Below are positions 1 through 12,300 of a DNA stretch of 64,000 nt, in pieces. Each line of letters opens with the position of its first letter. Positions within the stretch are counted from its first letter, which is position 1. This stretch comes from Catajapyx aquilonaris (taxonomy: Eukaryota), in assembly GCA_000934665.2 (NCBI GenBank), contig KZ538018.1:62001-126000 (forward strand), written 5' to 3'. A program made the translations under genes and the position numbers. Under the pieces are notes generated by a model. That model had not been told where the DNA came from and did not search any database. It saw only the letters and a list, made by a program, of their open reading frames with translations.

Positions 1-40
1 CCAGAAGCCGTCAGTCGACTTTGAGAATAAGGGATAAAAG

Positions 41-61
41 ATGGAGGAACTTGTGCAAGAG
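41..61 (+). CDS. Candidate alternative first coding micro-exon: MEELVQE
   Basis: TCAGTC initiator-like motif at 11-16, strong start context aaagATGg, and GAG|gtaggg donor in phase 0. Short, so chance cannot be excluded. Confidence 0.35.
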
Positions 62-1766
62 GTAGGGCTTATTTTAAAGATCAATTGTTATTGTAAGACA
101 ACAGATTGTATTGATGCTGTATAGTACAGCTCGTGTTCTGTAGTAGTTACTCTGCTAATAAATTCCAGTCAAGTTCTGAGTGTGACTCTAACAGCGACAA
201 CAGAGTGTGGAGCCCAAACGGCCCAAAATCCTCGTTTAAACGCCCAATAATTGTCGTTTAATTAGTCATAAATATCTTTCCGGGTCTTTTGCGTTAAGGA
301 ACGAGGCATATAAGGGGGCAGTAAAATTTAATACTTTACTCTCCCCGAGAATCCGGATTCGTTCTGTGGCAACAAAAACAGGGAGCTTTTTATGACGCTT
401 GATGTAAACGGGCTGAACGGAGAAAATTAACATGTTTAAAAAAAAGGCAAAGCGACGCCTCGTTGAAGTGCAAAAAAAAACCCTTCCGGGATTTTTCGAG
501 GATAAAAGGCGGAGGTTTATTACACCCACACCCTGGCAGAAATTAAATGCCGCTTCAACTTCTTTGTTGTGAAGAGTGTGCCGAGGAGAATATACATTTT
601 TAGTCATTATTACTCCAGAATAAAACTGATTTTTTTTAGTACTTCAAATAATGTAATAATTGACATAGACATAGAATTTATTAGTGTTGCTGGCTGCATT
701 TTGTTAATATTATGACAGCATGACAAATGGAAGCAGACACGACAATATTTTTGTTTAGAAAACTTATAACACACATGCTTTCATGTCTTACACATGTCAT
801 GACATAAAAGGGCGTGCACATAATATCTTACGAGTCTAGAAAGTATATGAATTTTAAAAATATGCTAAACTTAAAAAAAAGCGAAATTTGCTTTCATCAC
901 CAGATTAGATTTTATAACAATACATTTTCCAAGTACATAACAGAACTACGCTTGTCTTACAACTGACTCGAAATCCGAAAAATTTGGACAACGGCTCTAG
1001 TTGAAGATAAGGAGGCGGGCATAAACCCCTTGCGATAAATTCCTACAAGTTGTTTGAACGCCATGAAAAAGTAATTTCCCCAAGTTTCTCCTTTCCCCTT
1101 TGCTCGGTACGTAGTAAAACTCGGTGCAAACCTGATGGTGCGGCGCATTTCCCACCCGGATAATAATAATTAATCCGGGTTCTGGTTAGGAAGCCCTGGA
1201 GTCCCGGACACGTGGCGTGCTGTATATATAGGGGTGCTGGGGAAGAAACTAACAGAGCTAGACTAGAGAGTAGGGGTCCTCTCTCTCTCTCCCCTGATGC
1301 TGTAGCTTGCATCGTGAGGGTCTAATGGTCTCGCACGCAGACTCCCGTGGTCATTGTCGTAATGACGGGGGGCCAGCGTAACACCCCAGCCCAATTGTGA
1401 GCGGGGGTTTGTTTGGATTGGCTCATTTCACGCGCCTCGAGCAGCGGACCTACTAACATAACTTTGCCACACCACCCCAGGTGCCTCTGCCCCCGGAGGA
1501 AAACCCAAACACCGAGAGGCACAGTCTGCGTTGGGTTCAGATGGGACCCATCCCCCACTCAAATATAAGGGAAACTTTGTAATGAACGCACTTTAATTAA
1601 AACGGGCTTGCTAATGGGTACGAATAAGTGAAAGAAAAAGGTGACAAAATAGTTTTACAAGCGCACCGAAGTTGGCGCAGCGTGCACGGTTGGCATTAAC
1701 AATGAGCGCTACACTTATTTCCAACGCTACGTTTGGAGGAGAACAAAATGGAGAGTAGGCTCTTGG

Positions 1767-2087
1767 AAGAGAGTCGACAACATGTGACGTCACGTCCTCT
1801 GTGATTGGCTGTAGTAATTATTGTGGACTGTCTACGTGTACTATGGCCTATGGGGGCCGTCATATTGCGTTTGCTAGGGAAATAGTGGCCGGCTGTGACG
1901 TCACGGTCGACTGCGATTGGCTGGAGTAGTATATGCCTTCTGGCTACAGTCAGTCCGTGACGTCACAGCCGGCCACATTTTCCATGGAAACTCAAGATGG
2001 CGGCCTCCATAGACACATAAAAGCACGTAATAAATATTACTCCAGCCAATCAGAGACGACATGACGTCAAAAGTTGTCGACTCTCTT
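1767..2087. mobile_element. Foldback/MITE-like element with outer and inner inverted repeats
   Basis: Outer arms AAGAGAGTCGACAAC..TGACGTCA..GATTGGCTG.AGTAAT are mirrored at ~2035-2087. Inner arms 1848-1906 and 1955-2012 are imperfect reverse complements (CTATGG.GGCCG.CAT.TTG.GTTT...GTGGCCGGCTGTGACGTCACGG). Confidence 0.75.
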
Positions 2088-2967
2088 ACTCGAGGCTCTC
2101 TAGAACAAAATGGCAGACGTTTGCAACGTTGCCAAGGCTCTCAGAGGCTACGAGTGAGTGGGAGATGCGCGAATGTGGGTGCGCACTCGAACTCGTAAAA
2201 AAAATCATCAATAGTAAATTTTCTTGCTCGTTTTTCTTAAAATTACCCTCGTTTAAAGGATTGGTCTCGGTTACACATAGTTGAGCGAGAAAATGGATAA
2301 CATCCACTTGGAGCGCTGCAATTCCTTGGCCGATTCGAGCCCTCTGATCATTCCAATCTCCAGATTGCTTTTGCATGCCTTAACGTGCCTTATTCGCACG
2401 CCCCCCCTTACTTGTAATAACCGGGATCAGCTCTGTCGCTGGAGCCACATGAGGGCAATTTATTAACCGCCGATCAGGAGGAGGAGGGGTGTTGAATCAT
2501 ACCCCCACATAGTATACTACCCCCTCTGTTCGTAGGGAAAACGCAATATATACTTGGAGGTATCCTAACCTGACTCATTGTGACATTAAGGGATGGGTGA
2601 TCTTGGGGAGAGCCAAGCAACGTTGCCTTTACAAATCACAAGGCGATCCACTGCCATTTTGTAAAATTACATGTGACGTCACTTTATTGCCTGTTATTGA
2701 AGGTTGCTTATAGTAACGACGTGGTGACGTCACTTCTAACTTATGTTGAACAATCTGCGGAGTGTATAGTTTAGCCATGCAAATCAATGGCAACTGTGTG
2801 CAATCTTAAACGATTTTTGCACATCCCTCTTCGGTGTATGAGATCGCGCCCCAGTTCGCCATTGTGTCTTCCACGCGAGTGCCGATGTTTAATTAATCCA
2901 TCTGAGTAGAATGGGGAGGGGTGGGGGCAGGGGTCACACGAGGAGGAAGGTGTGAGTCACAAGATGG

Positions 2968-3120
2968 ATGGGCAAATGTGTGGAGGAATCTCTGATACTG
3001 GATGATGGGATGGGGGACAACCCATTTTCGAAGAGCCAGTTGGACGTGGAAGGTCTGCTCGGGACGTACCAGTGGGAAATGGAGCAGTGGAGCATACGTT
3101 TTTGGGGTCTTCATCATCAG
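2968..3120 (+). CDS. Candidate alternative first coding exon: MGKCVEESLILDDGMGDNPFSKSQLDVEGLLGTYQWEMEQWSIRFWGLHHQ
   Basis: 51 open codons from ATG to CAG|gtagga (phase 0). An out-of-frame ATG at 2964 weakens the call. Confidence 0.3.
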
Positions 3121-3389
3121 GTAGGACAAATTGGGCGTGACTCGTTGCTCACACTTTCAACTGTGGGTTGGCGTGACGGAAAACAAAAGTTTGAGAGAGC
3201 TCACGGCCTGTGGACAAGTTGTCGAGATTTGGGGCGGCACTGGTAACGGGCAGTTACCTCTCTGAACACACCCCTTTTACTTGGAGGAGGTCCAGCAGCC
3301 AGCCCCAGAAGGTCAGTGTTTCCTCTGCTCGCACACCGGGAAGGAGGTGTTTTCGGTGAGAAACTCGTGCCCTCGGAAGTGAGAGAATC

Positions 3390-3857
3390 ATGCTGGTGGA
3401 AGTGAATCGCAATGTGGATACAAACGATAACAAGAGATCCGGACTACCGATGCTGCTGGTGGACTGGGATTCCCCATCGGCATATACCGGCACTGTGAAG
3501 CGAAGACCAGTGAATAACCCCGAAGTGTCGCGATTGCCTCAGATCCGTCGCGTCATCACGGGAACTCCCAATCGATGCTGCGGGAATTCCCCGGTTAACT
3601 CCCGTCGGATGATTCGGACTGACCGCGCTGCTGCTGCAAACGAAGCGGCCGCAATCAGTACGAAGCGCACGTGCGAGGCATCCGATATAAGACCTGCAGC
3701 ATCATCAGAGAATAAGAAGAGATCATCAGAATTCCCTGTGAGCCATCGGAACCTGTCGCAGCTTCCTCCAAAGAAGCCGTGTTCCAGCTTCCAGAGCTCG
3801 TCATCCTCAGAAGGTTGCATGGTTGGGATTGAGTCCGCGTCTCCGGTCCGGAAGCAG
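3390..3857 (+). CDS. Candidate alternative first coding exon of navigator (156 aa, S/R/P-rich, ending ...SPVRKQ); a second in-frame donor at 3926 would give 179 aa ending ...STGKEKE
   Basis: Longest ORF in the window (3390-4142). In-frame upstream stop at 3357, start context aatcATG, GC-richer than its flanks. Strong donor CAG|gtgagc after 3857 and GAG|gtgaga after 3926, both phase 0. Confidence 0.5.
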
Positions 3858-6800
3858 GTGAGCGTGGCGGACATTCTGGACGAACTAGATGGACTCTCGG
3901 AAATATCAACTGGAAAGGAAAAGGAGGTGAGAGCAATTCCGATGTGTACTGTACATCAGTGCATATACCCCCATGCTGTGGGTCGTTTAGACGGTTTCCA
4001 GCAGCCACCCTGGAATCTCAGCAGGGAATCCTTTTTTCCGTTCCGCCCATTAGGTCAGAAAAGAAACGGGGTCTGGAACATATTACAAGACTACGAGGGA
4101 GTGGGATATACGAATCAGAAGAAAAAAAAACAGGTTCTATAAATTTGTTCACCTCTTCGTCGAGCATGTTTCGTTGCGCGCTTGGACATGAGACAGGATG
4201 TCTCTATAAGGAGGTGGACCCCTTCCTGTGATGTAAATCGGACTGGCTTGAGTGGTCACGGAATTGCTTGGAGGAAGAACGGGGAAGGAAACTCATGTCA
4301 ACAGCAGACGGCACTTGTATATGGTATGGTACTCATCAGATTAATTACACGGCAGGGTGGGCAAAGAAATGTGTTTTAGATTTGCAAGTCAAGTTGGGAA
4401 GTGAAAAGGATCGATTTTTTTTTTCTCTTTCAAATATTATTTTTCCATCAGAGTAACTTGCCAAATGCACAGTGTACCAGTCGAAAATTTTGAGCGTACT
4501 TACTGTTCTTGGAAAAAAATTATTTAATTTTCTCATACCAATTAGGCTCGGAATTTTATCTACAACAATCTATGAGACTTGCCGGAATGTAATAGCGTGA
4601 TATTAAAATGTAAACATGAGGAAGCAGAGTTTTCTTCTGCATTCACATTCTCAAACTCACTTTTTTTTTACACGTAATAATAATTTGCATTGCTTGGGAA
4701 ATCACATTTAATTGGGATTCCATCCTCGCGTTATACAAGCCATGCACAAGCAGCCAAGCGAGAGCAACTCTGCAGCATTTTTATGGACAACAAAAGTTTT
4801 TCGAGACGCGCTTTTAGAGGCGCTAATTTAGATTTTTGTCAGTTTATTTGCCTACGAGTACCTCGCATAAAAAGATTCTCTTCGGTGATGTCACTTTGTT
4901 TTGTTCAGCTGACAATTTTGTGTTTGTTGGTGACCACAAATATTTTTTTTTCGATGCTGCCTGCGACCAACATTCCCATACACATTCCGTTCCTTCCTGA
5001 GAGACAACGTTATCTTCTCCAATATCCATCAAGGGCTCCTCCCACCTGAAACATTCTTCAATTCAATTCCCTGGCGCCATTTCCGAACAAAACTCACGCG
5101 TCGCACGCCAGTCCACGTAATTGTACCGAGGGGCGGAAGCTTCCGACCCTCACGAAAAGCCTAATGGCGTTACCACCATCCAAATGATATTAGGCCCCCT
5201 TCTCTCTCTAGGTCCGCAACCGACATTTGTCGATTACGTGCCCAACCCTTTATGTAACTTTGCTATATATAAAAAAAATGAGCGGACAGTAAAAATCGGT
5301 GTCTGAATACGCTGCGGAAATATTTCAAACCAAGGACGGATAATTGTTAATTTCCGGTCGTTTCCCACACGTTGCGATGGATCCGATAGCGCTTCGGTTC
5401 GAAACAAATTGGGCGAGATAAAAAAAGAATGCGGAAGGATTTTTTTAAACCCGTGGAATTTTTAGGGGGTTCAAAGTGCGTGTTCAGTGCGTGGTAATGT
5501 CATATAAGTCGAGTCCTTACGCAAGAGGAACTAAAGGAATGAATAAATTGCTCCCAAAAGGTGATCCCACCGAGCCCGTGGCTATATATCCATCTGGGTG
5601 GATACGATTAATTCGTGGATTTGTCAGAGTGTGAGGATTTATGAGACATGGGCACGAGTGGGAATCCAGTTGCGATCAGAAGTGCTCTGGAATCGAAAGC
5701 ACAGCAGGAGGTATGAAGGAGGTTTAGGAAAATTATTTTTCCTGGAAGAGCTTTTTTTTACTTTCATTCCATGGATTCTTGTGTAATAGTCTTCAGGTAG
5801 TTTTTTTTTCTGGGTGAGTTGAAAGTCTGGGTATTACTATTCAATGTGATTAATTTCCCGGTTAAAGCACTTAGATCCTCACGAGCCCTATGCATAGCTA
5901 CCGTATATATACCGGCAGTGTTTGGTTTTCATTAGCGTTTCCTTTTGATGAATACGCCATGGAAGTCTTAGCAAATATCCGGGTGCGGTTTCAAAGGGGT
6001 TTTCATCCGCTCGTCGTAAAAATAGGACTAAATTGCTGTATGCATGAGCTTTTTTTTTAAAAAAAAGCTGCTCTTATAATCTTTATTGAAGAAACAGGCT
6101 TTTGGCTTATACAGAAAATGAAATTAGAGGTCTGAAGAGTAGAGACTTGGACCACCCTGTACAACCGCTCAATGTCTCGTCACGAACTTGCCAACCGCAG
6201 TTAAGCCAGACATCGGTTAAGCAGTTCTTATCCTTTGCCTGCGGTTTTGTCTCGGAAGAGTCTGAGCACCAACCCTCCCCCAATCTCCCCAAGCAACAGG
6301 AGAAGACAGGACAAATATGCCCAAAAGCCTGATGGTGTATCGAACGCTCTTGAAACTTTGTCGGGTCCTCTTACAAGAAGAGACTCTGTGTGTGTGTGCC
6401 TTTGAGATACTGTCGTCCCTTCCTTCGCATTCCAAGAGGAAGCAAAGCTAAACACAAAGCCCCGGGGGGACACTTAATTAAACACCGTCTGGGAGAATTA
6501 GAACAGGTTGGGAGTCTGGGGGCTTCAAAGAGGTCGTAACCTGCTGTATAGAGACCCAGGGAAAATTTTCTTCAGGAAGTAATTCTAGCCAAGTCCATTT
6601 TTCTACCCTCTGTTTATAGTGGGGGGGAGGACCTCAGGTAATTTGCTTCTGGTCGGATCATCCCCCTTTTTTGGTTGGGATCAGGGGGGGGGGGGGGGGN
6701 GGGGTATAGTTTTAATTTTCACGTCCGTCATTTTGTCAGGTTGGGAGAGTTGTTTTTCCCGCGGCTGCACAAACGGGGCACATGTGCGGTTGAGGGGTTC

Positions 6801-9228
6801 GTCAATGTGTGTGGAAGGGAGGATGCTGGTGCATAGCAGCGAAAAAGATCAAACTGGCGGAGATTTTAGGTTGGAGGGGGATCAATTTTCGGAAAAGTTG
6901 TAGACAACATGAGTGATGTAGGAAAACAGGAGGGAAAATATTTTGAGTGGAAATTGTGCAAAATAATATTTTAATGCATGTCTTATTTACACTAGCTTAC
7001 ATGCACACTAATATGTTAAATCCAGGTTTAGATAATATCGCTATAAACTTGTTCATGACAGGTGCAACTTTTTTTTTTGCCCACAAGCTACTGTCACATC
7101 AGAACGTTAGGCTTATTCGCATTGTTGGTTGTAATCCCATTTTCAGTCGGGTTGGTTTTTTTTTTAGCTCCAGGCTTGGTTTCTGGTGATGTACCTAGCC
7201 ATTGTCCCACGCACAGCACCATACTCCCATTTTTACAATCATAGGCTGCCTAAACTCGGTGATGAAAAATAAATCTAGCTAACAAATTCACTCTTGCAAA
7301 TTGTCGACAACGTCAAAACTGGAAGCCACTTTCTCTGCCTTCTGAATAAGGGAACAATCTGGAGACTTTTCTAGCTCAGCGACTCCGAATCTCATCATGT
7401 GGCTTCTGTCTCACGATGACTGACAACACAGAGTGAGGGGGGCGATGTATAGAAAGAAAGAAAAAAAACACACCCTAGGATGTACGATAATGGCCATCCC
7501 ATGTAAGTGCCATCCGCCATCTTTTTGGACCCTGACAATGCCCCGCTTGCCCTGCGGACCATTGAATGAGGGAGGCAGAAAAAATAACAGTGTCATCGCT
7601 GGAGGGCGCAATAACAGAACATTGGATTACTAACAATAGTGCCCCTCTGGTTTCAAGTTAAATGAGGGAAAGCAGCGTGTTTTTTAATATCTAACACGCA
7701 CGCACCACGCACCAGCCCAGCTCTCTCGTATATATAGGTGGCCATTAAAGTCCACCCCTGGGCATTATATGCCCTGACTTGCTTTGGCCCCCGGAATTAA
7801 AGTATAAAAAGGGATTGTGGAAGCGGCATCAAGTGCGTTTGCTCATGCATTTAAAAGTGAGGGTGTAGCTTTCGCCGTTTTTAGAATTAAAGTGGAATTT
7901 GGTTGGAATTAAGTAAGTTTCACTTGTGTGACGAAAATCTAGCTCATCGTGTTGGAACAGTGTACAGGCTACAGGATCAAGAGCATAGGGGGGCAAGCGG
8001 TGTTGCCAAAATTTGGTACAGCTATAATTGTCCAAAACAATAAAATATGCCATTCTATTTTTGAAAGCCGGATCGATGCAGATTCCATTATCCAAAAGGG
8101 CTCCCTCGAATTAACAATGTTTAATGTAATAAAGGGGGTGGGGGGCAACCTTGAGGAATGAAGCCTCGGGTTTTTCTTTGGTAGTGACGGGTCGCTCTGG
8201 AAAATGATGATTCACCCTCAAAGTTCCAGCACTGGTTCATTCAGTGGAATTTCACTCCCTCCCTGATCGGTTGCAATCCCGGAAGGTGGGAAGGAGGGGT
8301 GGGGAGGGGAGGGAGGGGATCATTTGCATGACAATAGGATTGATCTTCATAAACCATTGGCTGTAATCCTCTTGCGAATAGTGGCTAGATGGGGGATACG
8401 GGGATTTCACACTCATGCAATATTTATTCATTTTACTGCATTTTGTTTTTTATGCGAACCGCATAATTTTTTTTGGATCTGTATTGCACAGAACATTGCA
8501 TTCCATATGTACAATATGTTACATTGTGAGAACCGAGGTCCACTGAACCGGCGACCGAGGGAAAAATATTTATCACATATTATACAGATCATAGCTTTAT
8601 CAAATTATAGTCGTAAAAATAATAACGCAGAAGCTAAATCCCTGGTTCTCATCTGGAACTTAACATTTACGTATTTACTTCCCCTCCTTAGCGTATTACG
8701 AGCCATTTAAGGATTCACAACCGACGCTACGGTATTTTGGAGAGAGAGAAAAAAGGAAAATACACAGGACGTGAAATCTCATACGAGTGACATTATTACC
8801 GTTGTAAAACCGAGCCGTTAAAAAAAGTGGGGACCGTATAGTTGTGTTGGAATTTTTGAGGCCACTGGGAGAGTGTGTTGCGTGATCATCAGGATGAATC
8901 CCTTTCTCTCTTTTTTTTTGCCATGGTGGAGTAAACACAAACGGATTTCACAGATTTAGTAATGAGCTACTTGGGGTAGGTCCAAGTGGAGGAGTGTCTG
9001 GCACAAGAAACATTACGAAGCACTGTTTGTGTTCTGGGTCCTTGCAATTTGGCACTTGCACAGGGGGGTATATAATTATTCCGACAACAGTCTAGTCTAG
9101 TGTTAATGTGGACCTACAGAGAGATGTCATTTCATTGCTCATCTTTTTCAAACCATTGTGTGCTGTACAATACAGTACAGTACAGTACAACAAGCATATA
9201 CTCTGTGCCAGTAGTTGTCCAGCTGTTC

Positions 9229-9345
9229 TTTTATCCTCTTAGTTAGACTTCCCCGTGCACAAGCCAGATAAAAGTGTGGCCCTGAAAATCCAGGATAAAG
9301 TTTCTGCCTGTTATTAATATTTATCCTCGTAGTTAGACTACCCGT
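9229..9345 (+). repeat. Short direct repeat (two ~27-bp copies)
   Basis: TTTATCCTCTTAGTTAGACTTCCCCGT and TTTATCCTCGTAGTTAGACTACCCGT, about 90 bp apart. Confidence 0.6.
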
Positions 9346-12300
9346 CAAACAAACGAGGTGAATGGGTAGCCATGAACAGTCAGGATAATCGTTGAATTTT
9401 TATGTTAAATTTTATAATTATTTACATTACCCAGTTACATAACAGTTGATGATGTACGTAACAATCAGTAAGTACCAACGAAAATATGAATTGACAGAAA
9501 ACCAATAGACGCTTCCTTATATCAATTCCATTTTAAAACCGTTTCCTGATAACTTTTTATAGGGAAAGGTCGTGATAGTTGTTGCGTTTGAGTTGCCAAG
9601 TGTATAATGAATGGTTTTATTTCAAGACATGTCCACATTATTTGTCTTAAAGTCCGTCTAGTAGCACGTTAAATCCCTTATCGAGCTAGGACCCATGACA
9701 ACTAATTTCAGACTTACCTCGAAACTATATCAATCTTTACGACCTTCATCCATTGCCGCCAAGTTGATGAATTTCCCGTGCTATCACTCCAACCCCCGGC
9801 TATTCCCACCTACTTGGCTCCATAATTAATAGGCATAAAAAGGTATAAAATCCTATCTTGGACTTCAGGTTAGAAAATCGCAGATGATATCTCCAACCCC
9901 CCCTCCCCTTTTATAGAGCCGAGGCCACCTTTTATCCCCTTACTTCCCTCCATAAACGTCTGTGGGTTATACTGCCCAGTTTGAGGGGGGGTGTTTCAAT
10001 AGTCTTTGCAACGATGTGACGAGTACATAGTGATGCAATTATTGTAAAGGAGCATCATCTAAGGAGACTGAGGCGTTACTGCCATCTCTCGAAATGGACG
10101 CCAACTGTCTCGTTTTCGACTTGGAAAGGGAAAATCGAAGACGTGTTGATCGATATTTCAACTGCACTATTCTGTGGAATGAAACGTCTAATCCTAGTGT
10201 AATGCGTACTTTCAGAGAAGGTATAGGGGGGAAAGTGCGAGAAGGCGCGAAAACGCAAGTTTGGGGGATGGGGGAGGGGGGGGGGGAAGATATTCGCCTT
10301 TTGTAAAAGGGTCTGACACCCCTCTCGCGATATGATTTTGCGCTCCGATGCTTATTAAATGCAGTGTGGAGATGAGAGCTAATTTGAAGGAAATTAGTCC
10401 TCTCTCGGCTTTTGCTTTTCCCCGGGTTTTCGAGGTCCTGTACATGTAGCTGCTGCTGCTGCTGGAACCCCCTTCAATTTCGGGTGTGCGAGGAAAACTG
10501 GAGTTTGCAGCCTCAGGGTTTGATGGCGCAACCAGCCAAGAAGTTGCTGCCGTTTTACTGTATTTTGAAGGGGGGGAAAGGAGAGGACCACTTTTTGCGT
10601 CCCTTTTTCAACTGGATGGGAAAACATTGTTATGCGGCTCGTGTGAGCAAGAAGCCGTGTTACGAGGGCACTGCGCGTGATGAATGGTCATGTAGCGATG
10701 CATATGGCGACACGTGTTTGAAAATTGTATAATAGTAGTAGCGAAACCGGTACCAAAATATGGCAAAACCTATATAATAATATTCAGTATGACAGTGACA
10801 ATCAAACCGGCGATTTACCACTTACTACTATTCTTCACGCACAGATGGCGCACATGGTATCTGCACACTCCTGCCATCGTGCGAGAAATAACGATACTAT
10901 CAGGTTGGACAAACATCCGACGGAGAGAATAAGCCTATTAGGATTGCAGGATGTATATACTGCGGAAGTATGTGCGACATAGCAATATACTGAGGGCTTA
11001 TCTACCTAGTTATACATTACTATGCGTGGCTGACTCTATGAGATGGGAAATGTAGACTAAGATATGGTGTGTTGGAGGTACAGAGTAGTTATAAGTGGCC
11101 TATTATGCATCGGGGAGTAATTTTCGAGCTTGACTTTCCAGATAAGATGTGCGTCGTAAAACCATGGTCTGATATCATAATAAGAGCCATTATCATTTCT
11201 TGCAAGTGAGAAACAGTTACGGAATAATGCATATAAAACCCTCGGTTCCACCGCTTTCATGTTATGTAAATCCTTCTTCATTGCCCTATAAAAAGGACCT
11301 TTATGCTATATGCTTAGGTGTGTATGACTCCACCGATCTGAGACAAACACTTGAACCGTATTGAATAGCTATTGAAGCTTTGTCTTTGCAGGAAGCCTGA
11401 CATGAATAGAAACCATTGTTTTGTCATTAGGGTGGGAAACCGCGAGTATTGTCCTTTAATTAGTGGGGGTGAATTTGACCATTTAATCCCTTTCTCAAGT
11501 ATTGGAACCGATCTCCCCCCCAAACATTCCCCCATCTTCGTCGTCTTTTTTTATGCGATTCCAACCCCTCGCTTTCTTTGAAGCTGTACGTAACTCGATG
11601 CCCAGCAAAGAGGAGACAGAGACGATTAAGTTTCAAAGGAGGACTAGAATTGCCTCGGAGGGGACGCTTTTCTCCAGAGTTTTGGGATCTTATGCAGATG
11701 AGCGGCGAACCCACCTTCTTCCCTCCCCTTCCCTCTTGAGAAATGACACTTCTCCCTGTAGGGTGGCAGCCATCTTAACACTCGACCCCACCCTGATAGG
11801 ACGCTGTTCCTAGGTGCAACCAACATGGGATCTCATTAGGGGGGGAAACTCGGAGCCAAGCAACTTACTCAAAGCAGTACACAGTACGCACCATGTTTAA
11901 TTCATTCCCACCGTTTTGAGCCACCCTGTACATCAGCTTAATCCCACGGCCCCGAATTCTGCGAACACATTTGGAAAGGCATGCAAATTAGTCCAAGGGG
12001 TGGACCTAGGTGCCGTCAGGGGACAAATGGACCAACATCTGTCCTCCGGAGACTCGGAAATTATTGTCCCCTGACCCCAAGTCGTAACCTCATGCCCGCA
12101 CGCGACATGACTCCCCATTATCTAGGTTTCCTGTTGGCGGAATTGCGACTTTTCACTTGACTCGAAAATTGTTTTTTTAAAAAAAGGATCAATGGTAGAG
12201 TCTTATAGAGGATGTCTTTTTTTTCCACTTCCCCGCACACGGCCTGCTAACGAGATAGCAAGGCTTGATAATTGGCAATCCTGCTTTCCCGCAAGCCAAT

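Noticed and set aside
3927..4142. 3' part of the 250-aa ORF
   Set aside because: It lies beyond two good donor sites and ends in A-rich low-complexity sequence, so it is more likely intron read-through.
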